From Sanchytrium tribonematis (lineage: Eukaryota): a stretch of DNA of 37,098 bases. The translations under genes and the position numbers were made by a program. This document shows positions 1 to 10,100 of this stretch, piece after piece (position 1 is the stretch's first letter; each line of letters opens with the position of its first letter). Under the pieces are notes generated by a model. It saw only the letters and a list, made by a program, of their open reading frames with translations. It was not told the origin of the DNA and did not search any database. Where the stretch lies: contig JADGIG010000031.1 in assembly GCA_018985235.1 (NCBI GenBank), forward strand, positions 1 to 37,098. Direction: 5' to 3'.

Positions 1-494
1 AGCCACAAGATATACAAACTCAAGCGCAAATTCCAGAGGCCCCTGTATTGGATTCTGTTACTTTAAATGCCGAAGGGGATACTAGCAAGGCAACAACTGA
101 TGTAACCGGACAGGGTGATAATGCAAGCCCGCAGCAGAATCAGGGATTCAGTGGAACTCAGTCGACCGAGCCGGTGGTTGTGCAAAATGTCAACTCAACT
201 GTTGCGACAGGTTTTGATCAAAATACGACAGGATTCGAAGACAAAAGTCTTCAGCTTCGTGGTGATCCTCAAGATATCCCACCCACCTTATCAGAAATTC
301 CGCAATCGCCGCCAGATTTTGGTACTGATTTGCACGGCACTGGTCCTAGAACTTCAGATGGGCCAAATAATGCACCTGAAGCAATTTCACCTAATGCTCA
401 AGCAGATGGAGCGAATTCACAAGAAACGTCAATTGGAGATAATAACTCTTCAACAGTTTCAAATGACGCTAACGGTGATCAAACTAATTCTTAA
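1..494 (+). CDS. 3' part of a low-complexity T/S/N/Q/D/P-rich, probably disordered protein; 5' end lies outside the window
   Basis: The frame is open from position 3 to TAA 492-494 (the track start at 48 is a TTG). AATAAA follows at 496-501. No domain recognised. Confidence 0.65.
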   Translation, partial: PQDIQTQAQIPEAPVLDSVTLNAEGDTSKATTDVTGQGDNASPQQNQGFSGTQSTEPVVVQNVNSTVATGFDQNTTGFEDKSLQLRGDPQDIPPTLSEIPQSPPDFGTDLHGTGPRTSDGPNNAPEAISPNAQADGANSQETSIGDNNSSTVSNDANGDQTNS

Positions 495-637
495 TAATAA
501 ATCAAAAATCTCAGTTCTGATTTACGAATGCATTGTTACGCCATTACTTGCAAATTGGTAGAATGATTGGAGCAAATCCCATTTGCGAATTATTTTTTAA
601 TGGTTAGGGAGAACTTGCGACAATTTCTAAAAAGCGA

Positions 638-3600
638 ATGTCCAAGAAAGAACAAGGACCAGCTTTACTTGAGGCAGAGCAAGACCAAAATGGAGATCAT
701 AGTGCAATCAGAATGGAGGAAGAGGGTGTTCTGGTCATTGAAAATCACGCAGTACCTTCTGAAGCAAAAGAAGAAGGTAAATCTGCTGATGTCACTGAAC
801 ATTTATTAACAACTGACCAGGTGGTAGATTATTATCAAAGTAATATGACAACAGGTTTACCAGAGAAATTGAGGAAAGAGCGATTGGAGAGGGATGGTTT
901 AAATCAACTTACTCCCGCTAAAGGATTGAATCCTTTCAAGGTGTTTGGGAAACATTTGATAGGGCCATTTTCTATCCTTTTATGGCTGGCATCTATTGGT
1001 TGCTTTATCTTGTTTTCAGTCGGCGCGTCAATTGCTTCTTCTAGTAATCAAGATATCGACTATTCAAATCTATATCTAGGATGCATTTTGGTATTTGTGG
1101 TTTTATTCAATTCTGTTGTCGAAAGTGTTCAAGAAATTAAAACAGATAGTGTTTTAAAATCATTCGGTGACATGATTCCTCAAAAGACTATGGTTTTAAG
1201 AGATGGCAATTATATATTGGAAGAATCTAAATTTCTGGTCAAAGGAGACGTCATTAAGTTCAAGGAAGGTGACAAAATTCCTGCTGATATTAGAATAATG
1301 ACTACAAACCATTGTAAGGTTGACAATTCTAGTTTGACTGGAGAAGCCGAACCAATTCTGAGAGCGACCAGCACTTCCAAGAAAAATCCTCTTGAAGCTG
1401 AAAATTTAGCTTTTTACGGGACATTGTGTGTTAGTGGCGAGGCATCTGGAATAGTTATAAGATGTGGTGACAATAGTGTCATTGGGGGCATTGCTAAATT
1501 AAGTAATAGTAGTAAAAAGAGAGCTTCACCTTTAAATGAAGAGATCGGCAGATTTGTGAAGCTTGTCGCATTTGGGGCCACAATTATGGCAGTTTTATTT
1601 TTTATTATCGGAATGGTTATCAATCCAAATCCTTATCAAAATTTTCAATTTTTTATAGGTATTTTTGTGGCAAATGTTCCCCAAGGTTTACCAGTTACTG
1701 TGACTCTTGTTTTGACATTCGCAGCAAAAAAATTGGCGAAAAGAAATGTTCTTGTCAAGGATTTAGAAGGTCTTGATACTCTTGGAGCAATTACATTGCT
1801 GGCAAGTGACAAAACAGGCACGATGACTCAAAACCGCATGACAGTTGTCAATTTCTGGAAACCAAGTCCAGATCACGATGGCCACTATTTTAGTAAACCT
1901 GGTCATGGTTTAACTGAACAAAGTAGAGAGATCGACACTACCTTGGAAGAGAATAGGTTGTTAATTAGTTGCGCAGCACTAAATAGAAAAGCCGAGTTTG
2001 ATCCTTTGGACAAAGAAACCGATATTGAGAAAAAAGTTATTTTTGGGGATGCTACTGAATGTGGTATTTTGAGATTTGTTTCTAAAAACCTCGATTTTGA
2101 GCAATTTAAAAATACTCATGAACCTGTTTTTACCATCCCTTTTAACAGCGGTAACAAATGGGCGCTTACAATTAACAAGTTTGAGCATGCTAACGGAAAA
2201 CTATGCTTGTTTATTAAAGGCGCGCCGGAAAGGGTGCTTAGAATGTGTAGCAAAATGAAAGTTGGTAGTCAAGAAGTTCCCTTGCCAAATGATTTTCAGT
2301 CCCAATTTGACACAGCATACAAAGTTTTGGCTGGAAAAGGTCAGAGAGTACTTGCTTTTGCCTGTTGTCCTTTAGATGCGTCTTATGGCACTGATTACGA
2401 GTTTAAAAGAGAACCTGCTAATTATCCGGTCGAAAATTACACGTTTTTAGGAATTTTAGGCTTGATGGATCCTCCTAAAGACAGAGTGAACAAGGCTATT
2501 GCTAGTTGTCAAACAGCCGGGATCCGCGTTTTCATGGTTACCGGAGATCATCCTTTGACGGCAGAAGCAATAGCACGACAAGTGGGACTTTTAATCGGTG
2601 AAACTAAAGAACAAGCTTCTGAAAGATTAAAGCGTCCAATTGAGAGTATCGCGGAAGATGAATATCGCGCTGTAGTCGTACATGGAGAAAAACTAGATAA
2701 ATTAAGCAATCGAGAATGGGACAAGATTTTAAACAAGAAGGAAGTTGTATTTGCGAGAACGTCTCCAAAACAAAAACTGGAAATTGTAGCGCGTTGTCAG
2801 GCAAAGGGGCATGTTGTTGGTGTCACTGGTGATGGTGTGAATGATTCCCCTGCCTTGAAAAGGGCTGATCTCGGCATTAGTATGAATATTAGTGGAAGTG
2901 ATGTTTCAAAAGAGGCCGCTAAAATGATTCTGATGGATGACAATTTCGCAACCATTGTTGAAGGCATTGCACAGGGAAGATTGATTTTTGCGAATTTGAA
3001 AAAGGCAATTTATTATACAATTTGTCACTTAATGGCTGAAAATGTGCCTTTCTTATTGTACATTATCTTACCGTTGCCAATCGCAGTTACCGCATTCTTA
3101 ATTATTTTCATTGATTTGTTTACAGACGCTGTTCCAGCTACAACATATGCTTATGAAATTGAAGAAGCAAACTTGATGAGTCAAGCACCGAGACGTACAG
3201 TTACCCCGCCTGAAAGGCTTATTGCAGCAGATGAAGAAGATGCTCGAAATTTAAGCAGAGTACCGAGTTTCCGACTGGAAGAGGCACCTAGGTCAAAAAG
3301 TTCGAAGAACTTATGGCATAAATTTGTCGATCAGATCTGGACAAGAAAGAGACATCCTAATGATGACTCATTGGTGGATCAAGGTATGATTTTTTTGGCG
3401 TATGCACAAATTGGTATTTTGGAGAGTATTGGTGGATTGTTTGCTTTCTTTATGGTATTTGCGATGGGAAATGTGGAAAATGGCAAAACAATTTCAATCC
3501 CACCTTCGGAAATTTGGAATCATCGTGATTTTCAATCGTATGATAATCCTTCATTCTCAGAAGCACAGTACCAGTCACTTTACAGAGAAGCAACTTCTGC

Positions 3601-3946
3601 TTATTTCATGATCATTGTCATTTCTCAAATGTTCAATTGCATTATGATCAAGATTAAAAGTGACTACATTTTCACTCGCAAAATTTTTATTAATTGGAGA
3701 GCATTCGCATCCGTGGTTTTTAGTTTGGCATTTGCTTGCTTCATTGTTTACACACCATTTATGCAAATCATTACGCAATCAAATGGAGTTCGTGGCGAAG
3801 TCTATGCAGTTGGTGTCATTACTGGAGTTGTTTTGGTATTGTACGACACCTTGAGAAAATTTCTACTTAAATTGGGCTACTTTGGTGGCATCAATGCACG
3901 ACCAGCTGATAAGATTGAAGGAATCAGCAGAGTATTAACTCGTTGA
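638..3946 (+). CDS. P-type ATPase, type IIC (Na+/K+- or H+/K+-ATPase alpha-like), 1102 aa
   Basis: Motifs: KVDNSSLTGEAEP, SDKTGTMTQNRMTV, GDATE, IPFNS, KGAPERVL, MVTGDHPLTAEAIA, FARTSPKQKL, TGDGVNDSPALKRAD, IDLFTD..P...AYE. TM4 reads VANVPQGL. Confidence 0.95.
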   Translation: MSKKEQGPALLEAEQDQNGDHSAIRMEEEGVLVIENHAVPSEAKEEGKSADVTEHLLTTDQVVDYYQSNMTTGLPEKLRKERLERDGLNQLTPAKGLNPFKVFGKHLIGPFSILLWLASIGCFILFSVGASIASSSNQDIDYSNLYLGCILVFVVLFNSVVESVQEIKTDSVLKSFGDMIPQKTMVLRDGNYILEESKFLVKGDVIKFKEGDKIPADIRIMTTNHCKVDNSSLTGEAEPILRATSTSKKNPLEAENLAFYGTLCVSGEASGIVIRCGDNSVIGGIAKLSNSSKKRASPLNEEIGRFVKLVAFGATIMAVLFFIIGMVINPNPYQNFQFFIGIFVANVPQGLPVTVTLVLTFAAKKLAKRNVLVKDLEGLDTLGAITLLASDKTGTMTQNRMTVVNFWKPSPDHDGHYFSKPGHGLTEQSREIDTTLEENRLLISCAALNRKAEFDPLDKETDIEKKVIFGDATECGILRFVSKNLDFEQFKNTHEPVFTIPFNSGNKWALTINKFEHANGKLCLFIKGAPERVLRMCSKMKVGSQEVPLPNDFQSQFDTAYKVLAGKGQRVLAFACCPLDASYGTDYEFKREPANYPVENYTFLGILGLMDPPKDRVNKAIASCQTAGIRVFMVTGDHPLTAEAIARQVGLLIGETKEQASERLKRPIESIAEDEYRAVVVHGEKLDKLSNREWDKILNKKEVVFARTSPKQKLEIVARCQAKGHVVGVTGDGVNDSPALKRADLGISMNISGSDVSKEAAKMILMDDNFATIVEGIAQGRLIFANLKKAIYYTICHLMAENVPFLLYIILPLPIAVTAFLIIFIDLFTDAVPATTYAYEIEEANLMSQAPRRTVTPPERLIAADEEDARNLSRVPSFRLEEAPRSKSSKNLWHKFVDQIWTRKRHPNDDSLVDQGMIFLAYAQIGILESIGGLFAFFMVFAMGNVENGKTISIPPSEIWNHRDFQSYDNPSFSEAQYQSLYREATSAYFMIIVISQMFNCIMIKIKSDYIFTRKIFINWRAFASVVFSLAFACFIVYTPFMQIITQSNGVRGEVYAVGVITGVVLVLYDTLRKFLLKLGYFGGINARPADKIEGISRVLTR

Positions 3947-3990
3947 ATAAATTTGAAGATATAATTTTTGAAACTTTTTGAGACTGATTG

Positions 3991-4009
3991 TGATTGGCTT
4001 AAACACGTG
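3991..4009 (+). promoter_or_regulatory. Inverted CCAAT box (TGATTGG 3991-3997) plus E-box (CACGTG 4004-4009) upstream of RPS7
   Basis: The same two motifs, in the same order and nearly the same spacing, occur upstream of RPS15. Confidence 0.6.
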
Positions 4010-4050
4010 TTTCTTTTCCGACAAGCAAATTTGGTTAAAGTTGATTCACA

Positions 4051-4611
4051 ATGGAAATTCAACCTTCTGCAAAATTGTTGACACCAGCTGGACAAACAGC
4101 TTCAGAATTAGAGATTAATTTAGCTCAAGCTTTAATTGATTTGGAACAAAATTTGCCAGAGCTTAAACCTATTTTGAGACCACTTCAAATTGTAACTGCA
4201 AAAATTGTTCAACTAAAGAGCAAAAAAGCATTATTGATTTATATTCCTGTGTCTCAAATTCAACAGTATCATAAAGTTCAATCAAGATTGATGCGTGAAT
4301 TAGAAAAGAAATTTAATGATTACCATTGTTTATTTGTTGCTTTCCGTAGAATTTTGCCAAGAGAAGGTAAAAACTCTCGTCAAAAGCAGCCTCGACCAAG
4401 AAGCCGAACATTGACCAGTGTCCACAACGAACTTTTAGAAGAACTCGTTTTCCCAAATCACATTACTGGAAAACGTATCCAATACAAAGTCGACGGTAGA
4501 AAAATTATCAAAGCTATTTTGGATTCCAAGAATCTTGCAGACCAACATAAATTAGACACATTAAGTGGTGTTTATAAGCAATTAACAGGAAAAGATGTCG
4601 TCTTTGAATAA
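4051..4611 (+). CDS. RPS7: 40S ribosomal protein S7 (eS7), intronless
   Basis: RLMRELEKKF, RRILP, KQPRPRSRTLTSVH, LVFP..ITGKR, VYKQLTGKDVVFE. Confidence 0.97.
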   Translation: MEIQPSAKLLTPAGQTASELEINLAQALIDLEQNLPELKPILRPLQIVTAKIVQLKSKKALLIYIPVSQIQQYHKVQSRLMRELEKKFNDYHCLFVAFRRILPREGKNSRQKQPRPRSRTLTSVHNELLEELVFPNHITGKRIQYKVDGRKIIKAILDSKNLADQHKLDTLSGVYKQLTGKDVVFE

Positions 4612-4625
4612 AAATTGATTTCTAT

Positions 4626-5129
4626 TTATTTTCTGTTCAACTCAGATATTTTCTTTTCTATGGCTACTTGCAGCTTCTTGTTCAGCTCAGGCTTGTAATT
4701 TAAGCTGAACAATACTTCAAGCCATACGAAAAAAGGAGCCATGACTAGGGCTTGAACCACATTGTCAAGAAGCGCGGGAGACCTTTTCTCATGAAACTGG
4801 TGTGTGTAGATCTGGGCCAGCCAACTAATTACATGTAAGCTTAAAATAAAGCCAAATGGAAAGTACCGTTGTAGGTTCATTCCTGCTAATGTGATCAAAT
4901 GGAAGACAGGTAAATAAAGTAAAAGCCCTAAAACGTCTATAGACAAGTATACCACACAATAGACCATGTACAGATACCAACCAACTTGAATTCCGGGAAT
5001 ATATGTCGTAAATGATATGGCAGTCATCCAAATCAATGGCACGCAAATTATGTGGCACAATTTGTTGATACGATTTTGATGATATGCACCGTAAAAAGTC
5101 ATGGCATTGAATGAATCAAATGTTACCAT
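4626..5129 (-). CDS. Mpo1/DUF962-family ER membrane protein (2-hydroxy fatty acid dioxygenase-like)
   Basis: FYGAYHQNRINKLCHIICVP and HQFHEKRSPALLDNVVQALVMAPFFVWLE. Start placed at ATG 5129 because the track's longer N-terminus starts at a non-ATG codon and overlaps COX11. Confidence 0.88.
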   Translation of the reverse strand: MVTFDSFNAMTFYGAYHQNRINKLCHIICVPLIWMTAISFTTYIPGIQVGWYLYMVYCVVYLSIDVLGLLLYLPVFHLITLAGMNLQRYFPFGFILSLHVISWLAQIYTHQFHEKRSPALLDNVVQALVMAPFFVWLEVLFSLNYKPELNKKLQVAIEKKISELNRK

Positions 5130-5262
5130 GTGAAATTTGTCAGAGCAGTTTTTAGGAGGTATTTGCCAATTTATATCGTACAGACATTGACTAGGCATAT
5201 TTTGCCCAGCATATTTATCGCCCCAACTCGAGATACACTTAGCATTTATATAATTCTCCTTG

Positions 5263-5802
5263 ATGTTCAAGAATAAAGTTTTGAATTACACATTATCATT
5301 GGCATTTACTTTCGGGGGAGCTAGTTATGCGAGCGTACCCTTATATCGTATATTTTGTAATGCTATGGGCTATGGTGGAAGTAGCGGTTCCATTATCCAG
5401 AAATCTTACGAAAATACACAATCTGATATTATAGATAATAGACAGTTTACAATTGAATTTAATGCAGACGTAGCGAGGGGACTACCTTGGAAATTCAAAC
5501 CTACTATAAGGAAATTAAATTTAAAGGCTGGAGAAACGGCACTAACATTTTATTCTGCGGAAAACCAGAGCGACAAAAATATAGTTGGAATAGCGACTTA
5601 CAGTATTCAACCTCCTCAAGCTGCAATTTATTTTAACAAAATCCAGTGCTTTTGCTTTGAAGAACAGATGTTAAATGCAAATGAGTCTGTTGATATGCCA
5701 GTTTTTTTTTATCTAGATAAAGATATTTTGAGAGACCCAAAATGCAAGGATGTCAAGCACATTCTTCTCAGCTATTCGTTTTTCAAGAGCACTTCGCAAT
5801 AA
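5263..5802 (+). CDS. COX11: Cytochrome c oxidase copper chaperone Cox11
   Basis: YASVPLYRIFC, LPWKFKP, GETALTFY, YFNKIQCFCFEEQ.L, VDMPVFFY.D, LSYSFF. Confidence 0.96.
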   Translation: MFKNKVLNYTLSLAFTFGGASYASVPLYRIFCNAMGYGGSSGSIIQKSYENTQSDIIDNRQFTIEFNADVARGLPWKFKPTIRKLNLKAGETALTFYSAENQSDKNIVGIATYSIQPPQAAIYFNKIQCFCFEEQMLNANESVDMPVFFYLDKDILRDPKCKDVKHILLSYSFFKSTSQ

Positions 5803-5806
5803 TTTA

Positions 5807-6085
5807 TTAAGTTTGTAAATGCTTCAAATCCTCCAATTTGGGACTCAGCAAACTATTAGTCGAACTCAGATCCATGCTTGTACTTTGTAGCGCCTTGCAT
5901 CGTTTCAAGTGTGCCTTGAATGCATCTGGCCGACCTGCCGCCTTGATCTTATTGTAACAATGCTCACAAGTAACAAGATCGGCATGAACGTTTTTTAAAT
6001 GTCTAGTTAAACTGCACTTGTTTTTAAATGTCCTCAAGCACTTTTTGCAGTACAGATCTGGATTGAGTAATCTGGATATATCCAT
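5807..6085 (-). CDS. Small zinc-finger protein (one C2H2 and one C2HC-type finger), 92 aa
   Basis: CKKCLRTFKNKCSLTRHLKNVH and CEHC...RPDAFKAHLKRC. The N-terminus is MDISRLLN. Confidence 0.8.
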   Translation of the reverse strand: MDISRLLNPDLYCKKCLRTFKNKCSLTRHLKNVHADLVTCEHCYNKIKAAGRPDAFKAHLKRCKALQSTSMDLSSTNSLLSPKLEDLKHLQT

Positions 6086-6330
6086 TTGAATGGTCTGATG
6101 TGTACCAAGCCAATTTTAAACAGATCGAAACACTGAGCTGGCTCTTTAGCCAATCAAAGGATTTATAGAATCCTGTTTGTAAATTACTTGGAAATCTGCC
6201 TGTGTTAGCCTGAACTAACAATCAAAAGTATCTCCATTGCTGCCATTATGTACAACATCTGGAATTTTTCTTGTAAAATATTGTACTTGAATGTGACTTG
6301 TGGAACGTTGAACCGTGCAACCAAAAATAG

Positions 6331-6336
6331 TATAAA
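6331..6336 (+). promoter_or_regulatory. Candidate TATA box
   Basis: TATAAA begins 29 nt before ATG 6360. Confidence 0.4.
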
Positions 6337-6359
6337 GTATCGCTTTACGTTGATCAGAC

Positions 6360-6890
6360 ATGATTTTTAGTCAATTTCTATTCGGTATTCCATCACCTGT
6401 ACATATAAAAAAACGATCAGTTGGCGATGTTTTAAAAAATCCTAAGTTATGGGCTGGTATTGGAGTAACCACATTAGCTACAGCAGGGGGGTACCTTCTG
6501 TATAATAAGCACAAAACTGCAGCACTGCAGGGTGGTGCTATTGGACCAGATGGTCAACCTATAGCAAATTCTGGATTTCCCCCGGGAAATCCTGCTCCTG
6601 TTGGACCCGACCCATCTTTAAGTCAGGGTGCTCCCAGTGGTCTAAATCCAGCAGCAGTGGCTGTTCCGCCAAATGATTTGCAGTCCTCGCAAACACCATT
6701 ATTGCAACCACAATTACCCCAGCAACAACCCCAGCAACAGTCTCAGCAACAGTCTCAGCAACAACCTCTACAGCCACAAGTACCTTCAACGGTCAATCCT
6801 GCTACAAGCCAGGGGAAGCAACAAGGACCACAAACAGTTACTGTAGGTGGAACATCATTTTCACCAATGCCCCCTCCTCCAATTCAATAA
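6360..6890 (+). CDS. Orphan protein: short hydrophobic N-terminus, KKR site, Gly-rich hydrophobic helix, Pro/Gln-rich tail (putative secreted or membrane precursor)
   Basis: MIFSQFLFG-IPSPVHIKKR-SVGDVLKNPKLWAGIGVTTLATAGGYLLYNKHK. A TATA-like motif lies upstream and AATAAA overlaps the stop. Confidence 0.75.
   Translation: MIFSQFLFGIPSPVHIKKRSVGDVLKNPKLWAGIGVTTLATAGGYLLYNKHKTAALQGGAIGPDGQPIANSGFPPGNPAPVGPDPSLSQGAPSGLNPAAVAVPPNDLQSSQTPLLQPQLPQQQPQQQSQQQSQQQPLQPQVPSTVNPATSQGKQQGPQTVTVGGTSFSPMPPPPIQ
6720..6767 (+). repeat. Four imperfect 12-nt coding tandem repeats (QQQP/QQQS)
   Basis: cagcaacaaccc cagcaacagtct cagcaacagtct cagcaacaacct. Confidence 0.85.
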
Positions 6891-7166
6891 TAAATTAATG
6901 TTTCGTATTTAAGTTGTCTCGCTTTTTGAATTTGATTGCTCTAAAGAAATAAAATAAAATTTTCGATTTACCTAAAAAAAATCTTGAGTGATCTTGTTGC
7001 AATTGAATGGATCTATTTCAAAACTTATTTCTCAGAATGGTCTAATCTAAATGCAATCAGATTGGGTGTATATTTGAACTTAATTCCAATTTTTTTATTT
7101 TTAATCAAACCCTAAATTTGATTGGCTCTAAAAGTATCAAAATTCACTCTTGCACTCAAGCCATTA

Positions 7167-10100
7167 ATGTTCACATTCGATGCAAGAACGTTTGATTTTC
7201 CTCATTCTTCAAAAGGAAGAGATACAGCACTACTAAGGCAGCAACTCAAAAACATAATGTACCACCTTATTTATTATGATGATCCAAACTGTCAAATTTT
7301 ATTGATTTTATGGGAATGCTTATTTGGCAATTGGTCTCATTTTTTAAAAAAAGATAATGACAGAATAGTTATTGAAGTTGATTCCACTGCCTTGGAAAAA
7401 TTTTACAATGCAGTTCAAATTAAGCCACTACCTAAATTAATTCAAATCAGTTCAAGGCCTATCCCACCTGCAAATGCTCCTTCAACTGGCGAAATACAGA
7501 ATAGTTCTATAGAGGGCGACAAAGCGGATCTCCCCCAGCTGCGCTTGAAGTACTCTCACGCGCTAAAGAAATTAGATAAGATAAACCAAGCCCATTCTAA
7601 ACTGCAAGTGAAATATCATCTCTCTATAGAGCAACTAAAGGCCATTTATGCTGACACCGAAGCTTTGAAGGCAGATTTGTCTAAACTTAATCCAGCAATG
7701 CCTGACAAAACTGCAAAGGAATACGAATATTACATGCACGTTTGTAGGCTGCTCGAGCACAATTTAAAATTACAAATTACACCTCGAAAGGAAAGCAAAA
7801 TGATAATGACTGACGAAGCAAAAATACAAGGCACTGGTAATGAAGACACACTGGTACCGAAATCCGGAAATGACACTTCGCGTCTTTCTACTTTGTTGAA
7901 TGATATCGAAAACCTTGAAAGTGCGTTTGCAACGGATTTTCCATGGACTGAGCTGGACCGAAATGAATACAAGGTAAAAGAGCTTCAGGTCGAATTGGAT
8001 GCATCAAGTAGCAAGTTGAAGGCCGCTGAATTGAAACTCGTACATTTTGAACAAAATAAAGACACCCCAGCTAGAAAAGAAAGCATCCAAGCCGATCCCG
8101 CAAGTATTATAAAGTTAACGAGGGAGTTAAAGCAGTCTCAAGATGAGTTAGAAAAGTGGGATATTCAAAATCAAGCTCTTAAAAGTGAAAGTATAAAACT
8201 TAATGAAATGCTCAAAGATAAGAGTGAAACAATAGCGAAATATTTTGATAAAATTGGGTCATTGGAAGGTAAATTATTGACTTTCAAAAGGGTTAAAAAA
8301 GAAAACGATGAATTAACTCAAAAAATTGAGGAACTAAAATTAGAGATAAAAAGCCAAGATGTCGATGAAGGCTTTCAAGCAGAAAATGAGAAGCTCAAGT
8401 TAGCAGTTACAAAATTGAAAGCACTTATAGTCAAATATCAAGAGAAAATTCATCAGCTTGAGAGAGAATTAAAAGACGTGTCAACTTCTAGCGATTTTGT
8501 TGACCTTAAAGCCAAACATGATGAGCTGTCGAAGCAGTACGATGATTTGCTATCGAAACAAACTGAAATTTTTGTAAATCAAAACCTGACCAGATCGATT
8601 GCGGGAACTCCAAATTTTACTAGTGAAGATAGTGTTACTAGCTCTAAAAATGATTCTCCTGTAATTCACCAATATGACTCAGATGATTCCACCTCACAAT
8701 CCACCACCGAAGGCCAGCTTATTTCAGTACCACAACCAGAAGATTCTCCTCAAAAGGAGTCGATTCAACATAAACTCGAGAAGCTTAACAAAATGACAAA
8801 AGATATGGAGGATCGCAAAAACAGTCACGACAAAGCACAAAGAGATTTGGAATTGCAAAGAATGAAACATATTGAGGACGTACAAGAATTAAGTGATTCA
8901 TTTGCTCTTAAGGTAGAAAAATTAAATTTGGAGATAAGAGAATGCGAAGACAAAATTCAGCAGCTAGAGGCCAAGAACAAAAATTTAATCGAATCGGAGG
9001 AAAGGTACATAGAACAAGTACAGGAACTTACATACTTACATAAAAAAGACATTGTCGACCAAAAAGAATTATTGAGTGATACCCACAATTCAGAAATCGA
9101 ACAATTGAAAATTTCCCATGCTCTAGAAATTGAAACAATCACAGAAAACCTAGAAAAAGAATTCTCTTTCCAAAAAGAAAGTTTGCAAAGCGAACATGAA
9201 GTTCAGTTAGAGAGTTTGAGAAAGCTGCATGAGATGAATCTGAATGACAATTGTGATAAATCGAAAGAATTAATTACAATTGAAGAGTTAAAGGCTAATC
9301 ACCAGAAAGACTTGGAATATTTACAATCTTCTTTGACGGAGTTGAAGCAGAACGAAGTTGACGCTAAGGAAGAGTTTCATAGTACTCAACTGCAACAAAT
9401 TACAGAAAAATATAATGACTCTTTAAATAAGCTGGATTTATTAATTGAAAATCACGAATCTGAAATTTCAAAATTGAAATCAGACCATCTATTTGAATTA
9501 TCCCAGCAATCCGATTCAAAACAAAAAGAATTGGATGATCTTGAGTCTTCCCATTTGGAAGAGATGACAGCTCTCAAGCTCTCTCATCAGGAAGAAATGA
9601 AAGTGATTATGTCCCGCCACGAAAATGAATTATTTGATTTAAAGTCATCAGAAACTAAACAAAATCAACCGCGGGAAGTAGATTTCGATGTTGATTCTCC
9701 TGAATCTATGCTAGATGTAGAAGAAAAAAAGACTGATCCCGAAGTTTTACTGGCTGACTTATCTAAAAAACACAAGGATGAAATTGAAACTTTGATAGAA
9801 AAGCACTTAAGTCAAATTGAAGAAAAGACTAAAGAATTGCAAGTCGCGCACCAAAGTATTGACGATCTCCAAAAACAATTAGAGAATGGAAAATCTATGA
9901 GAAAACAACTGAACCAACAAGCCAAGGAAATAGAGGGACTAAAGCAACAAATTCAACAATCAACTGTTAGCATACAACCAACGGAAGATGAATTGCTCAA
10001 AAATATTGACTCTCAAGATAAAGAGATTGAAAAATTAGTTGATAGAGTAATGGAACTGGAAGAGCAAATTGAAGAATTGGAAAATGATAAAATTAGAATA

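Noticed and set aside
115..809. Track ORFs 115..561 and 567..809
   Set aside because: Alternative frames overlapping better-supported genes, with no recognisable motifs.
5130..5270. N-terminal extensions in the track for the Mpo1-like gene (also 7122, 28748, 36100)
   Set aside because: They start at non-ATG codons or precede the family-typical start (for example the Arl1 MG myristoylation site), and they cover likely promoter DNA.
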